In this document: in pieces, positions 1 through 13,000 of the stretch
How the letters are laid out: each line of letters begins with the position of its first letter
Numbering within the stretch: the stretch's first letter is position 1
Assembly (NCBI GenBank): GCA_036785375.1
Contig: JAWMAR010000034.1
Location: 372,001-436,000 of the forward strand
From: Leucoraja ocellata
Lineage: Eukaryota
DNA: 64,000 nucleotides
Reading direction: 5' to 3'
Notes under the pieces: model-generated
Told to the model about the DNA's origin: nothing
Seen by the model: the letters and a program-made list of their open reading frames with translations, nothing else
Databases searched by the model: none
Program-made: the position numbers and the translations under genes

Positions 1-326
1 GAGAGTGCCCAGTGCCGACCAGTTGCCATTGCAGTGCACATGCGCAGGGCGGCCGACAATGTGCTGGCCGTGGTTGTGCGCATGTGCAGGGGGGAGGACG
101 TGCAGGCTGCAGCAATGCGCATGTGCAAGGCAGCCTGCCGTGCCGGCGGATGAGGAGCCCGGCGGCCCAGACACGGATAGCGGGGGGAGATGGGGAGAGA
201 GAGATATATAGAGAGGGGGGCGCCGCCCACAGTTGAACGGTAGGTGTCCTGCCTTGGCCGGAGGCCCCCCTGGACCTCGAGGCCCTAAGCTTAAGCTTGT
301 CTAGCTTATAGGTAAATCCGGCCCTG
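1..326. mobile_element. End of a GC-rich non-autonomous hAT-like DNA element (truncated by window edge)
   Basis: Terminates in ...GTAAATCCGGCCCTG (reverse complement of a CAGGGCCGGATT-type TIR); internal TGCGCATGTGCA motifs. Confidence 0.6.
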
Positions 327-344
327 CTGATGACCATTTAAGAT

Positions 345-482
345 CGTAAGGAATAATAGAATGAGGCCATTCGGGCCCATCAAGTCTACTCCACCAATCA
401 ATCACGACTGATCTTTCTCTCCCTCCTAACCCCATTCTCCTGCCTTCTCTCCATAACCTCTGATACTTGTACTAATCAAGAA
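345..482 (-). mobile_element. CR1 LINE 3' tail fragment
   Basis: Reverse complement of the 3' end seen on + at 5280-5430 (ggagaaggcaggagaatgggg...gatgggccgaatggcct). Confidence 0.75.
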
Positions 483-906
483 TTCCCTTTGACTCCAGGG
501 AAGCACCTGTACATACAACTGCAGAGGATTGCAATGGCATTTAATAAGACAAGATACAGATGAACAGGATGACCTTTGAAACATCACTTGCTTTTGGTTT
601 ATTTGAAGCCATAATTATATCCACACCTCTCTATACAAGCAGCTCACATTTTCTCTCACCCTTTGAAAATCACAATTTTTTTTACAGAGAATGTCAGGAA
701 ATCTAGAAAGAAAAGATTAGAGTCATTTCCAAACTGTATGATGATCCACAGATGGAAGCATATCAAACATGCAAATCTCTCCCATAAAACACCTAGAAAA
801 GCAATCTAAATAACATTCTCATAAATAAGTGCCTGTGATTCACAAGTCACACTCATAAACAGCTGTGTATTGATTCAGGTATCTGTTCCTTGCGACATTT
901 TGGTAC

Positions 907-1004
907 CTTGTGTTGAATCACTGCTGTTCGATATCCTTGCTGTGGCTTTGCTTGATCCACCTTGCTGGATTGTGCTCAGATTCTCCTCATCCTCTTGCTC
1001 ACTC
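907..1004 (-). CDS. ARHGEF12: Post-PH exon (SEQEDEENLSTIQQGGSSKATARISNSSDSTQ)
   Basis: atgtag|G AGT GAG...CAA G|gtacca; phase matches the upstream exon; read-through would stop at TGA 875-877. Confidence 0.72.
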
Positions 1005-4000
1005 CTACATTAAATATTCAATCATTACATTAGTTTGGGGGGCAGGGGAGAAACATACACACATGCACACGCACAGACAGCCAGTATTATTCTTGAACGA
1101 GGTAGCATGGTATCAGCACATGTGGGTTAGTAAAACAGCTTTGTTTCCATGACACCTCAAATGTAAATGAATATCTTCGGGGCATCAAACATTATGAATT
1201 GCTACGAGCAAATCTTGTCATGAAGGAAGACAAAATCGTGCTCAGATATGTGTTTTCAAAAGGGGTACAAAGGATAAGGAGGGAAAGAACTGCAGATGCT
1301 GGTTTCAATCGAAGGTAGACACAAAATGCTGCAGTAACTCAGCGGGACAGGCAGCATCTCTGGAGAGAAGGAATGGGTGACATTTCAGGTCGAGACCCTT
1401 TTTCAGACTGATGAACGATGATTAAGAGGGAACTGATCAGTACCAAAAATGGCAGGAAGTGGGCACAAATTTGTCACAAGAAGCCAGAATTGAAAATAAC
1501 ACAAGGAAAAAATCTGGAGACGACCTGACCCCTCAAGTCTGTCCCTCTATGCAATATGATTATAGCTTTAACTCCTCTTCTGTGGAGGAGTTAAGGCTAT
1601 ATGGGGACTGATGATGAGCAGAATATATCCAGGTTGGGCCTCATCAACATTCTATAACAATACTTCCCTATTTCTAAACACGTCATAAAGGCCAAATACC
1701 ATTTGTCTTTCTAACTATTAGTTGTACCAGTCTGTTACATTTTACGATTTATGCACAAGACCATTGAGATGTGGCAGGGAAATAATTGAAGCATCTTGGG
1801 GATGGTACCTGCGTTTGAAAAAGCATAAACCTATTTCGGAAAATTAGCATGGCTTTGTATGGGGGAGAATGTCTCATAAATTTGACAAAGATAATGGATG
1901 GTATCTACAGTACATGTACTTTAGCAAAGCTTCAGACAAGGTCCTCCAAGATATGTTGGTCCAGTGGATTAAGTCAAATAGGATGCACAGTGGGTTGGTA
2001 AAGGATAAGGTCACACACGCCTGCCTCCTTTGATCCAGTCGAAATAGTGCAAGCCAATTCAATCTCTCCTTATAACTTAAACCCTCCATTCCAGGCAACA
2101 TTCATGTGAAGCTGTTCTGCACCTTCTCTAGCTTTCCTATAGTGTGGTGACCAGAACTACACACAAAACCGCAAGCATAGCCTACTCACTAATTTGTACA
2201 ACTAGAACATGATATCCCACTCCTATGCTTTGGCTGATGAGGACAAGCATACTATATGCCTTCTTCACCACTTTCAGGGAACTGTACACTTGTACCCCAA
2301 GGTTTTGCTGTTCAATAACGTTCCGCAGGGACCTGCCATTCACTCCGAGCCCTGGCAGGTATAACTTGCTAAAATGCATCACTTTACATTGGTTTGTGTT
2401 AAATTCCATCTGCCATTCCCTTGTTCCCAGTTGATCTTGATGCTGCTGAAACCTTAGACGATCTACATTCTCCACAATTACACCAATTTTGATGTCATCT
2501 GTAAACATATTGCAATCTTCAAATGCAAACAGTAAAATGGCAGGACCCTTAGGAGCATTGATGTATGGAGGAATCTGGAGTCCAACTTCCTGAAAGTGGC
2601 AGTGCAATAGGATAGTGGTACAAAACTCATATGGCAGGAAAAATGTCAGGAGGTTACCTTGCGGTGGCATAAAACTTTGGTTAGGTCATACTTGTGAGTA
2701 TTGTGTACAGTTCTGGTCCCCACACCATAGAAAGGACACGGAGGCTTGAGAGAAGGTGCAAGACAGATTCGCCAGGCTGTTGTTTAGATTCAACTGTATT
2801 AACTAGAAGGAGAGGTTGGACAAACTTGGATTGTTTTTGCTGGAGCAGGGTATGAGGGGATGAGATAGAAGTATATCAAGTATAAAAGGCAGGGACTGCC
2901 TACACTAGGAAAGAGACACTTGCTATCTACCTTATATAAGCCTCATAATGTTGTGTACCTCTATCATTTCATCTCTTAGCCTCCTACACTCGAAGCTCTG
3001 TGGATAACTCAAGCCATCCATCCAGCAAAATCCTGGTAAATCATTACTGCACACTCTCCTACTTAATCACATCCTTCCTAGACTGTGGTGATCAGAGCCA
3101 CACACAATATTCCAAGTGTGGCCTAACTGACGTGTGTGCAACATGACATCCTACAGTGACAAACATCAAATATGTTGCATAGTGTTGCAAAGTCCATATA
3201 TCCTCAACACAATGTGTTCTCCCAAAGATTTCTGGTAGAGGAGAGTTATGGGTCCATATGAGATTTCTCAGTGTGGAAACAGTTACAGCAAAAGGGAATC
3301 ATCAGCATTCTTTCTTGACAAGCACCAATTAGTGTAAATTCACAAAATGTATCCAGCTGTTCCCTGTTACACCGTTAGGCCAAAGGATGAAGCCCAACAC
3401 TCGAATGAAAATACTCTGCTGACCTTTTTATCCTCCCCCCACCCTAATATTAACAAAGCCGCTTAAAAATAGCTCCGATTATTGAGAAGCTTCATCACCA
3501 CATGGATCAAGACAGTTACAGATCTGCTTTTCATCTGCAAAATATTTATGGACTGCAATGGTGGAGAACTCCATATTTTAAATTATATTTGATTAATTAA
3601 CATTCAGTAACATGACACAATGCAGGTGAAATACTTACTCAGTGGCAGGCGGCTCAGGGGCCACATGATGGCTTGGTGCTTTTATCGATCCTGATGTCTG
3701 TGTGATTAAATACTGCCATCTGTAAATGTAACAGGGAAAGATCAGTGAGAAATGGCTTTCAAAACCCAACCAGACTCAGCCTTAAATTACTAATTTTAAA
3801 GGCACAGGAAGAGACTATTCTGCTATAATTGTTCCCATCTCCTGTCCATTTTAATGTTTTTTCCAACGTTAAAATACTTATGTTAATTGGGGCTGGCAAG
3901 TCAGTCCAAAAGTCTCTAACAATGATAACACAGAACATGGAACAGTACAACACGGGAACAAGACCAACAGCTAACAATGGTACACAAAAAAGCTGGAGAA

Positions 4001-7000
4001 ACTCAGCGGGTGCAGCAGCATCTATGGAGCGAAGGAAATAGGCAACGTTTCGGGCCGAAAGCCTTCTTTAAAAAGGTTTTGGCCCGAAACGTTGCCTATT
4101 TCCTTCGCTCCATAGATGCTGCTGCACCCGCTGAGTTTCTCCAGCTTTTTTGTGTACCTTCGATTTTCCAGCATCTGCAGTTCCTTCTTAAACACAACAG
4201 CTAACAATGTTTGTGCCTGTCATTTGTAACAAACTACACATATGCATGTATGTGGTCTATATCCATCAATTCCCTGTCTATTCAGGTGTCTGTCTAAATA
4301 CCTCTTAAAATAGTTTCAACTTGTAATGCATCAATTCAAATATGATTTGTGGACAGCATTAAGTTTAGATTTTAGCAAAACCGGTCAAGAGACTGCAAAA
4401 GCACTTCAACTCCCCCTCCCATTCTGAATCCGACCTTTCTCTCCTCCATTGCCAGAGTGAGGCCCACCGTAAATTGGAGGAGCAGCACCTCATATTTTGC
4501 TTGGGTAGATTACAACCCAGTGGCATGAACATTGACTTTTCCAATGTTAGATTGTCCCTGCTTTCTCCTTTCCCCTCCCCTTCCCAGCTCTCCCACAGCC
4601 CACTTTGTCTCCACCTCTTCCTTTCTTCTTCCCGCCCCCCCCCCCCACCCCGACATCAGTCTGAAGAAGGGTCTCAACCTGAAACGTCGCCCATTTCCTT
4701 CGCTCCATAGATGCTGCCTCACCCGCTGAGTTTCTCCGGCATTTTTGTCTACTCTCAAAACATACTGTCTACTTATTTAAAAGTTAAAGCCCTGTCCCAT
4801 GGTACGAGTTCATTCCAAGAGCTCTCCCGAGTTTAAAAAAAAATCAAACTCGTGGTAAGCACGGAGAATGAACGTAGCGGGTACGTCGGAGCTCGGCTCA
4901 TAGCGCTAACGGTAGGTACTCAGGAAGACTCGTTAATGGCAGGTAAGCTCGGAAAGACGAGTGGCCATTACCGTAAATCTCCGAGTTCGAATCAATTCAT
5001 GCGAGTACAGGCCCAGCGATGTCAATTATATGACTGGGCCTGTACTCACATGAATTTAGAAGGATGATGGGGGACCTCATCGAGACTTACTGAATTGTGA
5101 AATCTGTGAAGATGTTTCCACCAGTAGCAGAGTCTAGGACCAGAGGTCATAGCCTCAGAATTAAAGGACGTTCCTTAAAGCAGATCAAGAATTTTTTTAG
5201 TCAGGGGGTGGTGAATCTGTGGAATTCTTTACCACAGATGGCTGTGGAGGCCAAGGTAATTAATATTTTTTAAGGCAGAGATAGATTGATTCTAGATTAG
5301 TATGGGTGTCAGAGGTTATGGGTAGAAGGCAGGAGAATGGGGATAGAAGGGAGAGATAATCAGTCATGCTTGAATGGCGGCAGACTTGATGGGCCGAATG
5401 GCCTGATTCTGCTCCTATCACATGACCATATGAATCCTGAAGTTACTGCTATTGAGATATGTATACAATTATGGATACGCCCCACAAATCCAGATTCTGC
5501 ACTTTCATTGCAAATTCCTCCCTATTTGCCCGGTCATCAAATCTGTTACTAAAAAATAAAATTTATTCCCACAATCTCAGGTTTCCAACTTTATTACATG
5601 GACCTACGTTTTCCGTTCAGACACTGTCTGGGCCACCAACTCGTAGATCTGTGCACCATCAGCTGACATTGAGATGACGAAGAAAGCTTTGTTATCTGAA
5701 AATGGCAAAACTTGATCATTAGTGAACAAACTGGAGTTCTCTGGAGTTCCACGGTTCACTATGGGTTTCGGCCCGAAACGTTGCCCATTTCCTTCGCTCC
5801 ATAGATGCTGCTGCACCCGCCGAGTTTCTCCAGCACTTTTGTCTACCTTCACTATATCTATTTCCTAGCAGCAAAAATCTGAACCGTACATTCCTATGCC
5901 CTAACACTTTCAGCTGCTTATGCCTGCTCAGCATTCAATTTATCAAGGCTGATCCATATGCAAATTAGATCTATCTACCCGCCTCCATTATCTTATATAC
6001 CAGCAGTTAACCAACTTTCTGGCAATTTCAAACCCCCAGGCCTAGTAGTTGTTCAAGGGATAGAAATCTAGATTTCTATTAGCATTTGTATCAAGTGGTT
6101 GCTCACATCAGCAGAGCAGATCTGGTTGCCCTTTGTTGTGGGCACCAACTACTGCTGTGAGTTGCTCCCCACAACCCAAAAAAGGAAACAATTTCTGTTT
6201 ACCAGATCAAATCCTTTAACCGTAAACCCCATAAACAGATTAGGCTTTAATCTTCAACACTTACAAGAATACCAGTGTAGTCTCACAATCAGACTGAGAA
6301 TAGGCGTTCCATGGTCACATCTGGATGACAGCATGCAGCCAAGATATCACACCACTCGGCCAGTGCTGAATGACTAACATCCACAAAGATACTGCACTCT
6401 CAGATGCATTGCTTCTGGCTACCCTTTTCATCTCCTCATCCTTGACTTGTAATTTTTAAATTTCTTTCCACCCAGTACCAGCTGATTGCTATTCTGGAAG
6501 CAACTAACCTGTTGCAACTTCTCGCACAAGCACAGCAGAGAGTTTGATGATGGGGCTGAAGGTGTGTTTGGTATCAGCATTGGCAGCAAGATTCTTACTG
6601 TGACACTTCAACACCAACCGTTCATCCTGCTTCTGAGATAGAACCAAGATGTCTTCCAACAGAAGTGTGTAGAGATCTATGTAGATAGGAAAGGGCAGGT
6701 AGAGTAAGTATCCATAACGTAATGCACATTGAGAACTACTGGACTGCTTTATGTGAATTATAAAATTATAGGAAAATGCAAAGATTCTCAGGAAGCTAAT
6801 TTCCATGAGTAAAGGTTAGATTCCATGCTGAAACAGCTTCCCAGCATTTAAAGGCAAACTGGTAAATCTAGTTCAACGTCCAAGTTCACCTTAGAAAATG
6901 GACAGTGTCCAGGACCACTGTTTAATGACATTGCAAACCATGAAACACAATTCACAAACCAATACCAAGGGAATGTTTGTGGAAAAATCAGTTTCTTTCT

Positions 7001-10000
7001 GATGCTATGGTCAGTAGAGTGATTCAACGCAGGCCAAGAGCTTTGTAAAATGTCCAGGATCACATCTTAAAGGTGAACTCTGAACAGAGCTTGGTGTAAG
7101 CCCTGCCAACATTTTCCTAACAACTTATAGCTCCAGTGAGCACTGAACACAGCATCTGAGGCCGTTTACCCGTTCACATTGATCAACTTACCATTCTCAT
7201 AAAAAATCATTAAAAAAGGCACCTCTGTACTGTGGAGAGGTTGTATAGGAAGGAACTGCAGATGCTGGTTTACACCAAAGATAGACACAAAATGCTGGAG
7301 TAACTCAGCGGGAGAGGCAGCATCTCAAGTGAGAGGGAATAGGTGATGTTTCGGGTAGAGTCAAAGAAGAGCCTCAACCCGAAACGTCACCCCATTCCAT
7401 CTCTCCAGAGATGCTGCCTGTCTCGCTGACTTACTCCAGCATTTTGTGTCTGTGGAAGGGTTGCCTTTCTGCAAAAAATGTTTGCAGTGATTTTCCAACA
7501 TCTGTTGCTTACTTTGCATTTTGTGTTTAGTTACAGTATTTTTCTTCCTCAACACAAGTTCTGGAAGTGCAATGTGAATTCCCATGACCCAAACTGCAAT
7601 AAGGTGTAGGTGCACTCTATGGGTATGTGGTTAAAGCTCCAACTCCTACAACATCAATGACCAAATACAAGAAAATAAAGAACCAATATCACTAGTACTA
7701 GACAGCCAGGATTCCCTGCACTGTAGAGAGCATCCAGTTGTCAGATATTTGTACTACTGCAAAAATAAGAACCAATACCATGAATCGCAGGCAATAATCA
7801 CATTTATAAATAGCTTAGATACAAACTGCTGCATCAACACATGAGAGAATAAGTAATCCTACTGGCTGATACACAAGAAAGACTCACCCATTACAAATAT
7901 CCAAAGGACTGAAATTCATAAAAGAATAATCCAAACACTAAATTCCATTTAAAAATACAAGAACTAGAACTGATAAGTATGTACCCAACATACAAGATCC
8001 TGAGCTGTAACCACCCTTCTCCGAAACAAGAACCCTATACATTATAACAGAGACACGACTCCTTTTCTGTAAATACTGGACAGATGGAACCTTGCACTGA
8101 ACTACCATAGATAATGAAAAAAAGTAAATACAGAGATAAGATCCAGCAACGTAAATACTCTAAACATAATCCTGTATAGTAAGCATCTAAGTCAGAAACT
8201 TCCACTACCAATTGATGGAGCAGGAACATTCATAAATACCTGAAACCACAAACATCCCAAAGAGATATTTGTCCGACAGAAGTAATGCAGTATTCTAGTT
8301 TACAACATGGCAGCAATAAAGGTAATAAGAATCATTTTTCACTTGACATCTGAATACTTTCCAAAATATATTCTGGTGTCTGGGGTGTAGTGATCAGGAA
8401 ACAATGTCCAATACAAACTTCCAGCAGTATACGGATGAGAGGTTCCTGCCTATTTTTCAAATGATTTCAATCTTCAAAAACTGCACTTGCCACCATGTTC
8501 TGAGGGAGCTCTTTACTCACCGATTGTCTTATCTTTATTCACCCGCCAAGTCAGAGGCCCTTCATGAATCATGATCCGTTTTGTAAGGTCCAGACTCTTA
8601 AATTGGGAGATACAGAAAAAACAAATTGTGCTAAATGCAAAAATGGGTCTCTGCAATGTTTTATTAATCATTTCTCATCTGAACTTTAATAATGCCGGCC
8701 TTTTCATATTTTTCCCATTAAATAACTCACCCGGAACTCCTCAATCAGTGGATAATCTGACTGCTTCAGGCCAGACAGGTCCAGGCGGCGCTGATAATCT
8801 TCCAACCGCTGACATAAGGAAAGAACCCATTAACTTTCACAAGAAAATACTGGGCAAATCACAGAACAGAAAGCATCTTGACTAGCTGATGTCCCCAACT
8901 CTTACCCTTGATGTTTCAATGATAGCCTTTGGCTCGTTGATAAGCGTGAAGCTTTATGAAGCTCACTATACCACACCATTTCCCTTTGGCTCTGGAACCA
9001 ATTGTCTAACTCAGTAACCCCGCTGTCAATGCATACTGTTTCTGGCGTGTCCAAATAATACAGTCATAAAACAGGTGGAGGTCGGAAGGTAGAGAATGTG
9101 ATTTGAAATAAATTAACGGAGGCAAACTAGCTTCAAAAAATTTTTTGATTTTTGTATGAGGAAATACTGTTCACTGTCTTGAACATAACAAGCCTTGGTT
9201 ATTTTTCTTTCCAATCCCTTAACCTGTCTGAGTGAATGTTGATGCCAGTCAATGAAAACCAAGGGCTGATACTGATGCAAAGTCATAGCAAATAGTGGCA
9301 ATGAATAGGGAAGAAGCAGCTGGACTCATCTGACATCAGTGCACTATTTGTGCCTTTCATAAAATCCATTTGCAACCAAAAAATATACTTTAAATAATAT
9401 ATGGGATTGATATCGAGAACTTTTCATATATATTGTACAAGAGTAAAGAAAGGGATGTACATACTGTGCAAACGTTCAAACACAAAATCTACCATGTTTT
9501 AAAGGCAAGGATCAATGCCGAGTCTTCCCCACTCAAACCAACGTATCTGTGTGGCATGGTAGGGGTTCATGCATAGAGTCCTCACCTCAAACACTCACCT
9601 GCTTATTTTCAGCTTCCTTTACAGCCTGGTTCACAAAGTTCAGGATCTGACGGCAGCATTCCGCTGCCTGTTTTACCTTTTTCTTCTCATCGTGCTGTTC
9701 TGGATCTAAGAATAAGACCAATTGTCACTTTAAATAAATTTGTTTTATCTCTCTCCAGAGAAAACCGTACAAACTTCATGAAAACACTTGTAAAATGAAA
9801 TATTAAGCCTGTTTTTGGCATTATGGTTTATTTATGTGCAATTATTGGAGGATCTTTTATCAAACACAGCAGAACTAGAAGAGCTTCTTTAGTTTAGAGA
9901 TACAGCGCGGAAACAGACCCTTCAGCCCATCGAGTCCGCACCGACCAGCGATGCTCGCACATTAACCTTAGCCTACACACACTAGGGACAATTTACACTT

Positions 10001-13000
10001 ATACCAAGCCAATAAACTTACTAACCGGTACGTCTTTGGAATTGGGGAGGATACCGAAGATCTTGGAGAAAACCCACGTGATCACAGGGAGAATGTATAA
10101 TACTTCGTACAGGCAAGCGCCCATTAGTAGTGCTTCCCATATATGTCATCCTCTAATGCTCACAGCATATACACTGCGAAGCACGAGGAACGTGATGAAA
10201 CACAATTACATAGCTATCGTCCAGAGTCCTCCCACTGCCATCTCCTGTGTTCACATGTGTAACCTGGTGGTTCTATTTTAATTATCCCTTGGGTTCTCTA
10301 TGCAGCTGACTCTAGACTGGACATACCTGTATTTTTAGCGATGTTCTCCAGGAGTAGTGGGTATTTGGTCAGGCGCTGCATTTCAGTTGGGATGATGTCT
10401 TTAAGTTGCAGCCTCCGGCATTGTGGATTACTCTGTGCCTCCTGCAAAATATCACCGTGTAACTAAGATAATCCACTTAATGCAGCACATCTGCTTCTCC
10501 AACCATGTGAAACATCACCAATGCCTTCTGCACTAGTCTCCAATTCCATCTACATTTGGAATTGCTTCATATTGCTTGAAAATTACATTCATGAGCGTAA
10601 ATAACACCCAGAATAGATCTCCCCATCTGTCTGTGCACATTCACTGTGCAGTTTATGCTCTTGTATAGATCAGACTTTCTGTCCAGAAGCATTTGCAAGG
10701 AGCTTCAGCAACCATGCACCATGATAACACCTCTCACCCCCAATGGAATGCCTGTTGGACATAGGGCAATAAGAGATGTGGAGAAAACAGGTGAAATGAA
10801 GAGGGGGGGGAAGACGATGGGACAGCATAAAGCAAGCTGTATGCTGCTGCTAACCCATAGTGTACTTAGTGGCATTGCAGCTAGTGATGCTGCCTCATAG
10901 CTCCAGAGGCTGGGGTTGATTGTGATCTTGGGTGCTGTGTGGTCTCACTGTGGATATAGAGCAGATATCCAGTTTCCTTTTTCATCTCAAAGTAGTGGTG
11001 GTAAATGCGCTGGCTTCTATAAATTTTCCATTTATCTATGTGAAGGGATAAAGAATGAAAGGGGAGGAGATAACAATACAAGAGAGAAGAGTTACCGGAA
11101 TGTAGCAAGATATGGAGACGGTAAATGGACCAGTGGAAGTATCTGCTGGGAATTGAGAATCAAGATGAATCTAATGTGCTGATGCCACTTGTTGCACCCA
11201 AGTATGCTCCAAGATGTTAGAAGCTTCCTTTAAAATTCACCTAACCCAGATGATGATTCCTGCTCTATGTGCATTTGAAGGATACTTTACTTTCAAGGGA
11301 AGGAACCATGTGGGTTAGGTGCATTTTATGCACATTTGCACTCCCATGATGTAACTCATTAACAACTTTCTTGGTTATTCATGTACAAGTTTAAAGCATG
11401 CAATAGCTTGGAGGCAATTCAAGATTTGGGAGAGTTATCTCACCTGAATGATTGCCTGGAATTTTGACTCTTTCTTCTGCTTTGACTTGATTAGTTCCAA
11501 AGCGAAGGGTTGATTGCTGCAGAACGTGGCTGCAGCCCGTTTAAACCTATCCTCTTCAGAACCGCTGAACTGAGAAATTAAATAAGAATTACTCAGACAG
11601 GAGAACGTGCAAGGAACACACACTACGTCTAGTCACTGGACAGGAGAGAGAATTCTGATCAATGCCATACTGTACAAGAGCTTCAAAGAGTACAAAAATA
11701 AATTTTCCATAAGATAGAAGTATCATCACATCAATTTCATTGGAATTCTGGTGTTGGTATTAATGCATTATTGTCAAGAGATACCATGAAAACCTGTTTC
11801 TATGCTGTACAGTCAAATCATACTACACGAGTACAATCAAGTCATACACAAATATAAGAGGTAGTGTAAAGAGAAACACACCAGAGTGAAGGTTAGAGTG
11901 CTACAGCATCATAGCAAGACAGCTACAAAGTACAGACAAAAAAGATTGTGTGATCACCACAATGAGGTAGGTTGTGAGATTTAGACTACACTTATCTTTT
12001 GAGAGGACCCTTCAATAGTGATGGACTGGGTTACATCTAATTCTCTACATCTTGGGGTCTTGGTCAGAGCCGTCACCAAATCAAGCTGTGACGCATCCCA
12101 ATAGGATACTTTCTACGGGGCATCTGTAGAAGTTGGCAAGATGCCAAACTTTCTTAGTCGTCTGAGATGGAAGAGGGGCTGCTTTGCTTTCTTGGTTGTA
12201 ACTTCAATGTAGTTGGACCAGGACAAATTGTTGGTGACATTTATACCTAGGAACTTGATGGAAATGACAAGGAAGGCACCGAGTGATCATCATGTGCTCC
12301 AGCCCTAGTCTTTCACACACCACTGCGGTGCATTCAGAGTCGGAGATCTTGGTGCACAATAATGTAGGAAAAGGAATCAATGTCCATGGCAGGATGCTGT
12401 AATATTTGGCATCCTGTCGATTGTAGCTGCTGAAGCTACATTGAATCTGTTGAGTGGATGCCAGGTTCAACAGCAAAATTATCTAAATACTTTGCTCTGG
12501 ATGGTACCTCTGTGCTTGTCTATGGGAGTGTGTTTCATTACAGTTCTGATTTAAGCTGTACCAGCTGCTCTACTGTGTCTCCCTTGAAACCCATGTTCTT
12601 AATATCTTGTCACATGAAGGTCTTTTTAATCCCAGTTACCTCAACAAATCTAATTTTAATGAATGTGCATTAATTTCCAGGAGTAATGCTGCAGGATGTT
12701 TGCCTATACTATCAGCCTTTGCACAGGGGAAAGTTCTATTCATCACTGTTCATATACAATTTATTCATGGACACTCACCCAGCTCAACAAGTCCTCGCCG
12801 ATCTGATCAACCACAAAGTTATCATTTCTTTTCCAGACTTTCCTCATCTGCTCATTTAATGAAACTGGAAATAAAAAGAAAATCTGACTTTAGAATCATT
12901 TATTTCATTATCACTCCATATTAAATAGCTCCAGGGCTGTAAATCGTGGAATCATAATGCAGTCCAACAGAGGGGATTCCATTCAGACCATTGTTCCAAT

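Noticed and set aside
472-506. Candidate terminal exon (gtacag|GT GCT TCC CTG GAG TCA AAG GGA ATT CTT GAT TAG), in phase with exon 907-1004
   Set aside because: Poor polypyrimidine tract, no LARG similarity, and the stop lies inside a CR1 tail; probably chance.
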